UHGV virus genome: UHGV-0277313
Length of the DNA stretch: 64,000 nt
Strand: one strand, 5' to 3'
Origin: a virus
Below the pieces are notes generated by a model that saw nothing but the letters and a program-made list of their open reading frames with translations, ran no database searches and was not told where the DNA came from. Positions 1 through 8,789 of this stretch are shown piece by piece (the first letter of the stretch is position 1; the number at the start of each line of letters is the position of its first letter). Both the position numbers and the translations under genes were made by a program.

Positions 1-15
1 GTTCCATAAAACAAC

Positions 16-44
16 TTGACAAACAAAGTCAAAATAATTATATT
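16..44 (+). promoter_or_regulatory. sigma70-type promoter (TTGACA-N17-TATATT) upstream of first ORF
   Basis: The sequence reads caacTTGACAaacaaagtcaaaataatTATATTgac; the gene at 81 follows. Confidence 0.5.
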
Positions 45-80
45 GACTCTTATCAAACAGTCTAACTGAAAGGTTTCTCA

Positions 81-665
81 ATGAACAAACAAAAGCAAAA
101 ATGGTTCATAAAAAACTTTATTCAAGAATATGTTCCAGGCACAGATAAAATTAATTGTGGAAATGTTCTAATTTTCCATAAATGCAAAGTAAAGATTTTA
201 AACACATGGTTTTATAATGTTGATTTATGTTTATCTTCAAACGAACTTGTTGAGTATGTCATTGTCAACTACAAAGATGAAATAAACAAAAAAGAAATCA
301 GCATTGAAATTAAATGCATTAATGGCACATACACAAAAACAACAGAAATGAGAGAATCAATTCCTTCTGGAAATATTCATCATGTTTTTATTGACACAAC
401 GAAAGATTTATCTGCAGTTGCCAATGAAACTGTTAAACTTTTAAAAGACTATAAATGTGACCATAACGATCCAACGTTTGGCAAAACATATCACTTAATT
501 GCAGACACTAGCCTTAATAAACTTTCTGGCAAATTTTTAATCATGAAACGAAACGGTGATGCACCTAAAATATATCATGATACTCGTGAATCAGTGTTTG
601 CTGAATACAAACGTTTAAAAGAAAAATATCCAAACGATAAATTTATAATTTCTCAAATCATTTAA
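81..665 (+). CDS. hypothetical early protein
   Basis: The ORF encodes 194 aa and has an ATG preceded by aaagg. A terminator follows directly downstream. Confidence 0.55.
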   Translation: MNKQKQKWFIKNFIQEYVPGTDKINCGNVLIFHKCKVKILNTWFYNVDLCLSSNELVEYVIVNYKDEINKKEISIEIKCINGTYTKTTEMRESIPSGNIHHVFIDTTKDLSAVANETVKLLKDYKCDHNDPTFGKTYHLIADTSLNKLSGKFLIMKRNGDAPKIYHDTRESVFAEYKRLKEKYPNDKFIISQII

Positions 666-671
666 ACACAA

Positions 672-707
672 CAGACCGCTTAAAATTAAGCGGTCTGTTT
701 TTTTACC
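672..707 (+). terminator. rho-independent terminator
   Basis: The stem cagaccgc/gcggtctg encloses the loop ttaaaattaa and is followed by a T7 run. Confidence 0.7.
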
Positions 708-709
708 TA

Positions 710-738
710 TTGACAAACGAGATAATTGATGATATTGT
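710..738 (+). promoter_or_regulatory. sigma70-type promoter (TTGACA-N17-TATTGT)
   Basis: The sequence reads cctaTTGACAaacgagataattgatgaTATTGT. The track's TTG start at 710 is the -35 element itself. Confidence 0.55.
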
Positions 739-769
739 TTTTTACATCTTAAATTTTAGGAGACAGAAA

Positions 770-1546
770 ATGTATGATTCTCAACTTTTCAGATTAAACA
801 TCAAAGGTATCAAAACTGAATTTGACGAAAAAAATAAACTGTTGAAACTAACAATTGTACCATTTGTCGATTATAAATCTGAAAAGAAACTTCCTTTTGA
901 AGTCAGCAAACTTTTAGAAAAGAAAGCTGAAACAGTAATCACTTTAGATTTTTCTAAATCTTTTGATTCTGATTCACACAAAAACATTTATAGCTTGCTA
1001 CATGATTTATCCAGAATTCAATGGTTTAAAACAAAAAACGTTATCATTGAACATTCATGGGATGACGAAGCAGGTTATGAAACAATTGCAATCTTATCTA
1101 ATTCAGAGGATTCAATTGAACTGCAAGACAAACTTGTTTGCGGATATGATACGACTAAAGGGAAACAAGTGTATTTTTGTACAGTTGATACAAATTACTT
1201 TTTAGGTATTCAAGACTGTCCGTATGTTCGTAATACGTTTGTCAATCTTAATGAAACAAATGTCAAAACAATTCATAATGATGATTTTGATGAAGAACAA
1301 ACTGCTATTGAAACTGTCATTGATGAAGCAACAGATTTAGTTGAAGAAATTATCGAAACTCAACCTGTTGTAAAAGACGCTTTACCTAGCAAATATTATT
1401 CCACTAAACGAGAAGCTTTGAAGGAAATCCCAATGGAATCTCGTAAAGTTGGAATGGTTGTTTGGGTGAAGTTATCTAAAAGCAAACCTAAAGCTTATGC
1501 ATGGGTTGGTGGCATTTCTGATAAAGAATTGTTACCCGTTGTTTAA
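770..1546 (+). CDS. hypothetical protein (true start at ATG 770 after aggaga SD; track start 710 is a TTG inside the promoter)
   Basis: The sequence aggagacagaaaATG gives MYDSQLF..., and the ORF runs to 1546. Confidence 0.55.
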   Translation: MYDSQLFRLNIKGIKTEFDEKNKLLKLTIVPFVDYKSEKKLPFEVSKLLEKKAETVITLDFSKSFDSDSHKNIYSLLHDLSRIQWFKTKNVIIEHSWDDEAGYETIAILSNSEDSIELQDKLVCGYDTTKGKQVYFCTVDTNYFLGIQDCPYVRNTFVNLNETNVKTIHNDDFDEEQTAIETVIDEATDLVEEIIETQPVVKDALPSKYYSTKREALKEIPMESRKVGMVVWVKLSKSKPKAYAWVGGISDKELLPVV

Positions 1547-1567
1547 CTCTAATTGAAGGAAACTAAA

Positions 1568-1828
1568 ATGTCTGAAGAAGAAACGAAAAGTGTTAACGGT
1601 GTTGATGGCGCTCGTTTGTTAAGCTATATTGAACGTTACGAAAACATTGAAGGTGAACGTAAAAGTTTAGGGCAAGATCTTAAAGAATTGCTGGAAGAAG
1701 CTGATAGCAATGGTTTCGATAAAAAGGCAATTAAAGAAATCGTTAAACGTCGTAAAAAAGACAAAAATGCACAGCAGGAAGAAGATTTTATTTTAGATAC
1801 ATATCTTAATGCGCTGAATATGCAATAA
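1568..1828 (+). CDS. GapR/DUF2312-like DNA-binding (nucleoid-associated) protein
   Basis: The segment ARLLSYIERYENIEGERKSLGQDLKELLEEADSNGFDKKAIKEIVKRRKKD...ILDTYLNALNM matches the GapR/UPF0335 pattern (IERIERLEEEK...EAKxxGFDxKAxRxIVxLRKxD). The true ATG lies after the SD aaggaaa; the track start at 1553 is a TTG. Confidence 0.6.
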   Translation: MSEEETKSVNGVDGARLLSYIERYENIEGERKSLGQDLKELLEEADSNGFDKKAIKEIVKRRKKDKNAQQEEDFILDTYLNALNMQ

Positions 1829-1835
1829 ATTTGAT

Positions 1836-1868
1836 AAAGGGAAGGTTTAGTCTTCCCTTTATTTTTTA
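1836..1868 (+). terminator. rho-independent terminator
   Basis: The stem aaagggaag/cttcccttt with loop gtttagt is followed by attttttat. Confidence 0.7.
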
Positions 1869-1877
1869 TATTATATG

Positions 1878-1906
1878 TTGACAAATGTCTTAATTCTTGA
1901 TAATAT
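1878..1906 (+). promoter_or_regulatory. sigma70-type promoter (TTGACA-N17-TAATAT)
   Basis: The sequence reads tatgTTGACAaatgtcttaattcttgaTAATAT. Confidence 0.6.
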
Positions 1907-1932
1907 AAAATTATAAAGAGTGGAGAAAAACA

Positions 1933-2562
1933 ATGCTTATTTGTAATAGAGACGACTTTGAAGAAATGAAATCAAAAATCAAGGATGGCGTTTTAGCCGA
2001 TTCCTTATTTTTTGATACTGATATCTATGAAGATCTTTCAGATGTGCTTGTGACTGGATTTGTTTATATCAAAAGCAAAATCTCGAATGTAAATTACATC
2101 CCCTCTAAAATTGAAGGTTCATTTACTATTGAACCGGAAATTTCATTTGCTGAATTGGAACACGACATTTATTTTGATAACATCAAAGTTGACAATTTGC
2201 TGACAACAAAAGGGATGAGTCATTTGCATTTGATTTATGAAATCATACCCGAACTGAAACCTATTGCTGTTGCGTCAGTTAGGTTTTATTTAAGTGATAA
2301 TTTTGATGATGATACTATAGAATATTTACCCTTGTCTGTTATTAATGCTACGAGAGTAAATGAAAAGATTCTTATACCTTCATCGGAAACGGTTTTAAAA
2401 TTGCGCAAACTTCTTCCTGAAAGTGCATTGTCAGAATATTTAAAATCTGAAAACTTTAATCCGATTACTTATATTTTCGCAACTGATATAGGTTTAGAGG
2501 AACACTACGCTTATGTATACGCTGCTAATAATATCAACGACGCACTTTTGGAAACGATTTGA
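1933..2562 (+). CDS. hypothetical protein
   Basis: The ORF encodes 209 aa with the SD ggagaaaaac. Its stop overlaps the next gene by ATGA. Confidence 0.55.
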   Translation: MLICNRDDFEEMKSKIKDGVLADSLFFDTDIYEDLSDVLVTGFVYIKSKISNVNYIPSKIEGSFTIEPEISFAELEHDIYFDNIKVDNLLTTKGMSHLHLIYEIIPELKPIAVASVRFYLSDNFDDDTIEYLPLSVINATRVNEKILIPSSETVLKLRKLLPESALSEYLKSENFNPITYIFATDIGLEEHYAYVYAANNINDALLETI

Positions 2563-3110
2563 TGACAAAATTTTTTACCGACCCAAACAGTTTAATAGAA
2601 TATGTTAATTCCGACGAATATTTGAAAGAAAAAGAATGCATTTACTATTCAGGTATGTTGTCATCAAAGATGTCTGAATTACATATTCTAGGACACTTTC
2701 AATGGGATAATTTATTTTCATTTGCTTCTAGTGCTAAAGGTTTGCCAAAAACAATTGATGGTACTTTAACCATTTCAGGAGTCGAGCTTTTCAATTGTGA
2801 AGGATTTCCAGAAACTGTTGGTAATCTTGTTATGACAACAACATGTAATGTATTAAGATGGAAAGGTTTAGAAAACACTACAATAGAATGTGTTAGTACA
2901 ACCAATGTATTAAACTTGCCTGTTGAGTGCGATTATAAGTATCATCCGCGTATTTTTAAAACAAACTCAAGAGTTCAAGTATGGTTTCCGAAAAACAAAA
3001 CAAGATATGTATGCACAGATTTGTTTAAGTTAAAACCAGCTGTTTTAAACAGAAAAATAAAAGAGTTATTAACGGAAGATTTATCGCAAAATCTTCTTGA
3101 CATAATTTAA
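2559..3110 (+). CDS. hypothetical protein (weak leucine-rich-repeat-like periodicity)
   Basis: The ORF encodes 183 aa and is translationally coupled to the upstream ORF. Confidence 0.5.
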   Translation: MMTKFFTDPNSLIEYVNSDEYLKEKECIYYSGMLSSKMSELHILGHFQWDNLFSFASSAKGLPKTIDGTLTISGVELFNCEGFPETVGNLVMTTTCNVLRWKGLENTTIECVSTTNVLNLPVECDYKYHPRIFKTNSRVQVWFPKNKTRYVCTDLFKLKPAVLNRKIKELLTEDLSQNLLDII

Positions 3111-3161
3111 CTATTTTGATAACTTAAACAAATAAACAAGCTAGTTTAAGGAAAAAGAATC

Positions 3162-3521
3162 GTGACATATATTCATCCATTCTACAAAAAAGAATATGAT
3201 GTTGTGATAGGTGAAACTTTATTTTTTAATTATATAACGTTCAAAATTTCGGATGCACAATATGAAACTTTTGTTTTTGATGACGATACGGGGAAGATGT
3301 TTCCGATTACTAAAATAATTGAAAATGTAATCTTAACTGATAACCAACAAGCCGCATTAACAACAAATAAAAGACAGACTGAAGAATTATGGAAGACTTT
3401 AAAAATAATTGGAGATAAAGAATTAACACAAAAATTTGCCAGTTTTGTAAATGGTGATAATGGTAAAGACAAATCAGTTTTAGATTGGTTGAAACTATTT
3501 AGGAAGAAAAATGAATCTTGA
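3162..3521 (+). CDS. hypothetical protein (GTG start)
   Basis: The ORF encodes 119 aa; the SD aaggaaaaag lies before the GTG start. Confidence 0.45.
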   Translation: MTYIHPFYKKEYDVVIGETLFFNYITFKISDAQYETFVFDDDTGKMFPITKIIENVILTDNQQAALTTNKRQTEELWKTLKIIGDKELTQKFASFVNGDNGKDKSVLDWLKLFRKKNES

Positions 3522-3666
3522 TTCTTTTTTTCAACAAAATTTAAATATACAAACTGTTGAGATTTGTTTTGCGATTCTAGTTTTGTTTTTATTTATAAAA
3601 AGAATTTATAAGAAATCAAAACGGAAAAATTTGTTTAAACGTACACGATTGATGTAAGGAAAAATC

Positions 3667-4281
3667 ATGAAAGTTAAATTAATTCAATGCACTGGTTTTG
3701 AACCTGCTATGCTAGGATCTATGTTAAGTTATGGTAAAACGTCTTTAAAAGACCTTGAACTGTTTGCCGATACAAAAACAGTCCGTCCTGAAATTCAGAA
3801 ACGTTTTGAACCGCTATCTAAAACATTGGTTTCATCAGGTGCAGGCCATGATAAATTTTTAGAACAGATTCAATATTGGATTGCTGTTCGTGCGCCTTTG
3901 CGATTTCATAAACAATTAGATACGTATCGTCATACATCTAAAAGTTCTGAATCAACAATGCATTTGGCATGGAAAGGTGGCGTTGATGAAACCGACTTTG
4001 AAAATTTTGAATGCATCTATCCTGAAACTTTGGAACGTCTTAATGCTGATATTAAACGTTATTGTGAAGAAAAAGATACAAAAAAGAAAAAAGAATTGTT
4101 TGATATCATCACGATGAACCTGCCTGATGGCTATTTACAGACACGTATGTTGAATACAAGTGCCAAAAGTTTACGTAACATGTATTTTCAACGTCGTGAT
4201 CATAAATTAGGCGAATGGCACGACTTCTGTGATGCTATCAAAACATTTCCGTATGCTGATTTAATTACTTTAGAAAAATAA
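3667..4281 (+). CDS. thyX: ThyX (Thy1) family protein, flavin-dependent thymidylate synthase-like with non-canonical RHR motif
   Basis: The segment GHDKFLEQIQYWIAVRAPLRFHKQLDTYRHTSKSSES aligns to T. maritima ThyX [36 protein letters not shown]. The segment NTSAKSLRNMYFQRRDHKLGEW aligns to [20 protein letters not shown]. Confidence 0.6.
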   Translation: MKVKLIQCTGFEPAMLGSMLSYGKTSLKDLELFADTKTVRPEIQKRFEPLSKTLVSSGAGHDKFLEQIQYWIAVRAPLRFHKQLDTYRHTSKSSESTMHLAWKGGVDETDFENFECIYPETLERLNADIKRYCEEKDTKKKKELFDIITMNLPDGYLQTRMLNTSAKSLRNMYFQRRDHKLGEWHDFCDAIKTFPYADLITLEK

Positions 4282-4283
4282 AA

Positions 4284-4460
4284 ATGTTTAAGCAATACAC
4301 GTTTTACTTGATCCGTTGGCAATTATCGACACCAATTTTAGCCGCTGTGATTTATGCATTAAAAAATTGCAGCACTTTAACCAGTACGATAATTGCCAAT
4401 TTAATCGGAGGCTTAATCTTCTTTTGGGTTGATCGTTTAATTTTCAAAAAAAGAAAATAA
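4284..4460 (+). CDS. small hydrophobic (membrane) protein, 58 aa, absent from the >=60-aa track
   Basis: An ATG lies 3 nt after the thyX stop. The product MFKQYTFYLIRWQLSTPILAAVIYALKNCSTLTSTIIANLIGGLIFFWVDRLIFKKRK has two hydrophobic segments. Confidence 0.35.
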   Translation: MFKQYTFYLIRWQLSTPILAAVIYALKNCSTLTSTIIANLIGGLIFFWVDRLIFKKRK

Positions 4461-4461
4461 T

Positions 4462-4837
4462 ATGATGGAAAACGAATTAAATGATTTAAAAAGGATGAAA
4501 TCAGAAAAAACAAAAACTCTTAATCAGTTGAAAGCTGATAAAGAGATGTATGAAACAATTCTGAAAGACATAAATAAAAAAAATTGAAGCCACAGAAAAA
4601 GAAGTTGAACGGTTAAATAATGTTTACACTGGTTTAACTAAATATGAATACTTAACAGATCATGCTTTAGTACGTTACCTTGAACGTTCAGGTGCTGTTG
4701 ATGTTAAAGCTATTCGTAAAAATCTTCTTAATGAGAGTGTGGCTTTAGGATTAATAAACGGTGCCAATAAAGTTATGATTGGTAACTTTGAGTTTATTGT
4801 TAAAAATGGTAAAATAGTAACATCGATTGATAAATAA
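4462..4837 (+). other. two short coiled-coil ORFs separated by a +1 shift at an A8 run (candidate frameshift/slippage site or homopolymer error)
   Basis: The ORF starting at 4462 (MMENELNDLKRMK...KDINKKN) stops just after A8 at about 4576-4583. The +1 frame continues IEATEKEVERLNNVYTGL...SIDK to 4837 with no start codon of its own until about 4775. Confidence 0.3.
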
Positions 4838-4839
4838 AC

Positions 4840-5253
4840 ATGACAAAAATTTCAGATCTAAAATTTAAGACAAAAGTTTTATCAGACGAAGAAAAATACA
4901 GTTTTAATGAATTGGATTCTGTTTGTACAGCTGTAATTAAAAAAGGTTTTCCGTTTGAAATTATTGTTGTACGTATGGATGAAAGAGATTTTCATGAAGA
5001 GCAATATGTTATTATCTTTATCGAAAAGATTCATAGGGAACCTATAAGAATTGATACTGTTATTCCTAAAGAAAAATTAAAGGAGCTTTGCCCTGATAAT
5101 GATTCTGAAATCTCTATTGATAAAATAAATGAAGAAACAGCAAATAAAATTATTGAAATTGCTGAAGAATTTGGGAAAAATGTCGCTACGTATTTGGACA
5201 CAATTAAAACGTACAGTGATAGGATTTTCTTTATATCTACAACAATTCAATAA
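4840..5253 (+). CDS. hypothetical protein
   Basis: The ORF encodes 137 aa. Confidence 0.5.
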   Translation: MTKISDLKFKTKVLSDEEKYSFNELDSVCTAVIKKGFPFEIIVVRMDERDFHEEQYVIIFIEKIHREPIRIDTVIPKEKLKELCPDNDSEISIDKINEETANKIIEIAEEFGKNVATYLDTIKTYSDRIFFISTTIQ

Positions 5254-5260
5254 CTAATTG

Positions 5261-5289
5261 TTGACAAACTATAATTTTCGTTGTACTAT
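5261..5289 (+). promoter_or_regulatory. sigma70-type promoter (TTGACA-N17-TACTAT)
   Basis: The sequence reads aattgTTGACAaactataattttcgttgTACTAT. Confidence 0.55.
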
Positions 5290-5348
5290 TTTACTTAAAA
5301 GATGAAATGTTCTAAAAAGAACGCTAAACAACATTAGGTGATTTCTAA

Positions 5349-5951
5349 ATGCTAGACTATTTTGATATTAGTGATACTTCAGATATTCCAGAATATACAA
5401 ACAACAGTTTTAAAGGTGGACGTAACCTTCGCTATGCACTGTTGTATTTAATGGAAATTGCCAAGAAGCCAGTTACAGCGAAACACCTTCGAGTGGCTTT
5501 TTATAGAAAATATCATGATTGCAAAAACTTTCAAGATTTAAGTGTAACTCAAGTTTCTTTACTGTTACGTAATCTAATAACACAAAAAGATATTTTGACA
5601 ATTGAACGGGGACTATACACTGTAAATAAAGATAAAAAAAGGCGAGAAATAGTACCTAAACAAAATAAGAATACATCAATTGAAAACGGGCCTTTGGTTT
5701 CAAAAATTCTTTCAATTCTTGCTGAAAAACCTTTGATTGATAAAATTGAATTGTGCAATATCATTAATGAACGTACGCCAAATCTTCAACTATCTGAAAG
5801 TGGTTTAGTTAACATATTAAGTCATTTAAAAAAAGGTAAGAAGATTACATGTACTAAAGGTTTATATAAAATAAACAACGAACAAGAAAAAACACAACGT
5901 AAAAAACGGACAATTAAAAATAACACTAAATCAGGGAATTCAGAATGCTAA
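5349..5951 (+). CDS. putative DNA-binding protein with two winged-helix-like repeats (paralogue of next gene)
   Basis: The segment HLRVAFYRKYHDCKNFQDLSVTQVSLLLRNL is paralogous to ELRVAYYRKFGNEPNFVNLSLAQVKYLVNIL in the next ORF. The second repeat is ILSILAEKPLIDKIELCNIINERT. Confidence 0.5.
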   Translation: MLDYFDISDTSDIPEYTNNSFKGGRNLRYALLYLMEIAKKPVTAKHLRVAFYRKYHDCKNFQDLSVTQVSLLLRNLITQKDILTIERGLYTVNKDKKRREIVPKQNKNTSIENGPLVSKILSILAEKPLIDKIELCNIINERTPNLQLSESGLVNILSHLKKGKKITCTKGLYKINNEQEKTQRKKRTIKNNTKSGNSEC

Positions 5952-6781
5952 ATGATTTGAATGAAAAACTGTTTGATTCTAAACATACTGAAGATATCGA
6001 AGGGTTTTCTTTTGATAGCAAGGACAGACCTGTATATAAATTAAATATGAGCCGTCTGTTGTCAATTTTTAAAGAAACAGACGAATATATTAATGCTGAA
6101 GAATTGAGAGTTGCCTACTATAGAAAATTTGGTAACGAACCTAATTTCGTCAACTTAAGTCTAGCACAAGTTAAATATTTAGTTAATATTTTGAATCATC
6201 AGCACGATTTTAAACGTCGTGGAAATAAATACAAATATAATACAAATGAACGCTCAAAAATTGATTATTATGAAGTGGCAATGTTGTTTAAAGACAAAAC
6301 AATGTCAACTGATGAAGCGTACACACTGTATAAAGAAAAAATTAAATCGAACAATCTACCAAAAAACGCATTCATTAATACGTTAAGATATTTATATAAT
6401 AAAAATTGTTTATCACGAACACTAGAGAAAAAACGTTGTACATACAGTTTAAATGACATTTCAGTATTGAGCAGCCGTCTAGAACAGACCGTTGAGCATG
6501 GTTTGTTAGACAACACTGTACATGACAAACATTTAAACTTTAATGAAGTTTGTTCATCTTTAGGAACAACACGTGGGAAGCTTTTAGGTTCATTAAAACG
6601 TACAGGAATTAAATGGGAATCCCGCCGTAAAAAGAAAGTTCGTGATACGAGAACAGGCAAAGTTTGGGAATCTTTATCAAGCTGTGCTAAAGACCTAAAA
6701 GTTTCTAGACAACATGTAAATCAAAGCATGAAAAGAAATTCACCAGTTAAAGGTGTTTATCTTGAATTCTTTGAAGATTGA
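5945..6781 (+). CDS. putative DNA-binding protein: winged-helix-like N-domain plus C-terminal NUMOD1-type HTH
   Basis: The C-terminus TGKVWESLSSCAKDLKVSRQHVNQSMKRNSPVKGVYLEF matches the NUMOD1 HTH pattern of homing-endonuclease and regulator DNA-binding domains. Confidence 0.55.
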   Translation: MLNDLNEKLFDSKHTEDIEGFSFDSKDRPVYKLNMSRLLSIFKETDEYINAEELRVAYYRKFGNEPNFVNLSLAQVKYLVNILNHQHDFKRRGNKYKYNTNERSKIDYYEVAMLFKDKTMSTDEAYTLYKEKIKSNNLPKNAFINTLRYLYNKNCLSRTLEKKRCTYSLNDISVLSSRLEQTVEHGLLDNTVHDKHLNFNEVCSSLGTTRGKLLGSLKRTGIKWESRRKKKVRDTRTGKVWESLSSCAKDLKVSRQHVNQSMKRNSPVKGVYLEFFED

Positions 6782-6783
6782 TT

Positions 6784-7509
6784 CTAAACAAATGTCGGAA
6801 AGAATCTCAATGTCGGAGTGTACCAAAAATCTTTTGGTAATAACAATGTAACGACATCATAAGCATTTGAAATCCTCTGAACATTGATTCTGTTGTATTT
6901 CCAGTATGAATCTATAGATGGGGTATAAAGAGTTTGCTTTAATATCTTTAATTCTTTATATCCTCTTTTTTTACCGTATGAAGTTTTTAATAATTTAAAA
7001 CTTTTCATCTGTTTAAACATACTAAAATCAACATCTGTATCAACATCACAATCTTGTGTGAATACAATAATATCAGAAGGTTCAAATAACACACCATCTA
7101 TTGTAAAATTTTGATCGCCAGTAATATAAAAATAATCACCCTTTTTTAATGGTCTGTAAGTATTCATATATTTCAAACCAGTGGCTGCTAAAGTATTAAT
7201 TAACAACTTGCTTTGATATGTTGTCTTAAAAGGTGAATTTGTATTAGCAGGTATTTGATCAACTAAAAAGAAACCTGATGTCGTACTTTTATAGGTTAAG
7301 GAATCATACACAGCCATTTGTGCATATGTTTTATTCAAACAAGGTTTAACAAATGTAATTTTGCCATCCGTATTTTCGAAAGGATAAACTTTTGGCAGCA
7401 CTGAATTAGGTAAAGGCACATCGCGTAACAATTCATCATATGTAAATTCTTTTACATTCATAGGTTCGATAAAATTATCTTCATACGATACACTATACAT
7501 TTTGTTCAC
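6784..7509 (-). CDS. hypothetical protein, lone minus-strand gene inside the plus-strand early block
   Basis: The ORF encodes 241 aa. No motif was recognised. Confidence 0.5.
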   Translation of the reverse strand: MNKMYSVSYEDNFIEPMNVKEFTYDELLRDVPLPNSVLPKVYPFENTDGKITFVKPCLNKTYAQMAVYDSLTYKSTTSGFFLVDQIPANTNSPFKTTYQSKLLINTLAATGLKYMNTYRPLKKGDYFYITGDQNFTIDGVLFEPSDIIVFTQDCDVDTDVDFSMFKQMKSFKLLKTSYGKKRGYKELKILKQTLYTPSIDSYWKYNRINVQRISNAYDVVTLLLPKDFWYTPTLRFFPTFV

Positions 7510-7554
7510 CTAAATAAAACTGTAACAAATAAAGAACTTTCTAGAAATTAGTGG

Positions 7555-7583
7555 TTGACTATTCGTGCATGATTTGATAACAT
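7555..7583 (+). promoter_or_regulatory. sigma70-type promoter (TTGACT-N17-TAACAT)
   Basis: The sequence reads gtggTTGACTattcgtgcatgatttgaTAACAT; the ATG at 7612 follows. Confidence 0.5.
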
Positions 7584-7611
7584 TTAATAAACTAAATTAA
7601 AGGATTTTTTA

Positions 7612-8436
7612 ATGTCAGTATTTGTTGTTTATAAAAGAAATTCAGGCAATCAATCTGATTCTATGGTTTCATATTCATCTTCACGTGAAACAGCTGAACA
7701 ATTGATTCCACCTGATAGTAAAGATTTTTATATTCAAGAATTGCCAAAACTTGAATTAGATAAACCTAAATATACAGGAGGACTTTGGACCAGAACTGAT
7801 GCTGCTATAGCAAAAGAGCAAGAGAAATATATTAAAAAATCTGTTGTTACTGATCCAATGGCACATCGAACTGATTACCCAATGGAACTACCTGAAGCTG
7901 TTGTGAATTATATTAAAGCTTTTAAAGATCCGTCAAGACAAGAAAAGAGAGAAATTGAACTGTTCAATTCTTTTGATGAATTATCTTGCAAAAAAATTAA
8001 TGTAAATATTGCAAAAAATAAACAGCAAGGAACGTCTAAAACATCACGTGAACCTAACCGTCACAATGTTTTTAAAAAACGTACAATTGATCGTATTGTT
8101 ATTCCAAAACTAAACAATAGCGTCAATACTGAACAATCTAAATCTTCAACATTCTATAAACCAAAACCAAAAAGACCTATTATAGATGTTGTTGATGGAA
8201 AAAGAGTTTTTCGATGGAGCTTTAGTTTCAGCTACCCTAATCTTAAGCCAGTTGTTTGTAAAATATTTATTGAAAATCAAAGAGAATCATCCAGCGTTAA
8301 CTTCGTTGCAGGACCAATCTTTCATGACCGTGATTTCAAATTAATTGTTTATACAACTACTCAAGAAAAAGCTGAAAACATGATTAATAAAGAATTAAAA
8401 AAATTAATTGCTATTGGAAAGATTCGCGCATGCTAA
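7612..8436 (+). CDS. hypothetical protein
   Basis: The ORF encodes 274 aa. Confidence 0.5.
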   Translation: MSVFVVYKRNSGNQSDSMVSYSSSRETAEQLIPPDSKDFYIQELPKLELDKPKYTGGLWTRTDAAIAKEQEKYIKKSVVTDPMAHRTDYPMELPEAVVNYIKAFKDPSRQEKREIELFNSFDELSCKKINVNIAKNKQQGTSKTSREPNRHNVFKKRTIDRIVIPKLNNSVNTEQSKSSTFYKPKPKRPIIDVVDGKRVFRWSFSFSYPNLKPVVCKIFIENQRESSSVNFVAGPIFHDRDFKLIVYTTTQEKAENMINKELKKLIAIGKIRAC

Positions 8437-8780
8437 TATCTAAAATGTCACAATATCAGATTGATAATCTGAAAAGGGTTTATATCACAGTTCCTATCCT
8501 GAATGATGAAAAAACTAGAATTATTGATTTCACCACAAAAGAAGTCAAACGCGGAAAATTTATGAGACCACTTTCTATTATTCGTGCAAACCCACATATT
8601 TATCAATATGAACACTGGTTTGATAATAAAGAAGAAAACCGTGCATATATTTATAGACGTAAACAACATTTATATAGATTTAATGACGACATTCTAGTTT
8701 ATATCGCACTTAAGTATAATTTAAAATTAGAAGTCGCAGGTTTAAATCTACAAATGTTAAGAAAAATTGAACATATCTAA
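8430..8780 (+). CDS. hypothetical protein
   Basis: The ORF encodes 116 aa and overlaps the upstream gene by 7 nt. Confidence 0.45.
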   Translation: MLISKMSQYQIDNLKRVYITVPILNDEKTRIIDFTTKEVKRGKFMRPLSIIRANPHIYQYEHWFDNKEENRAYIYRRKQHLYRFNDDILVYIALKYNLKLEVAGLNLQMLRKIEHI

Positions 8781-8789
8781 AATTTCCTA

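Noticed and set aside
710-769. Track start of ORF 710..1546 (TTG at 710)
   Set aside because: The TTG is the first half of the -35 hexamer TTGACA of a consensus promoter. An ATG with the SD aggaga lies at 770, so the first 20 codons are almost certainly not translated.
963-3472. Short nested ORFs (963..1205, 1636..1884, 2699..2905, 3230..3472) and similar ones throughout the track
   Set aside because: Each lies inside a longer ORF in another frame or strand. They are expected by chance in AT-rich DNA and have no ribosome-binding sites.
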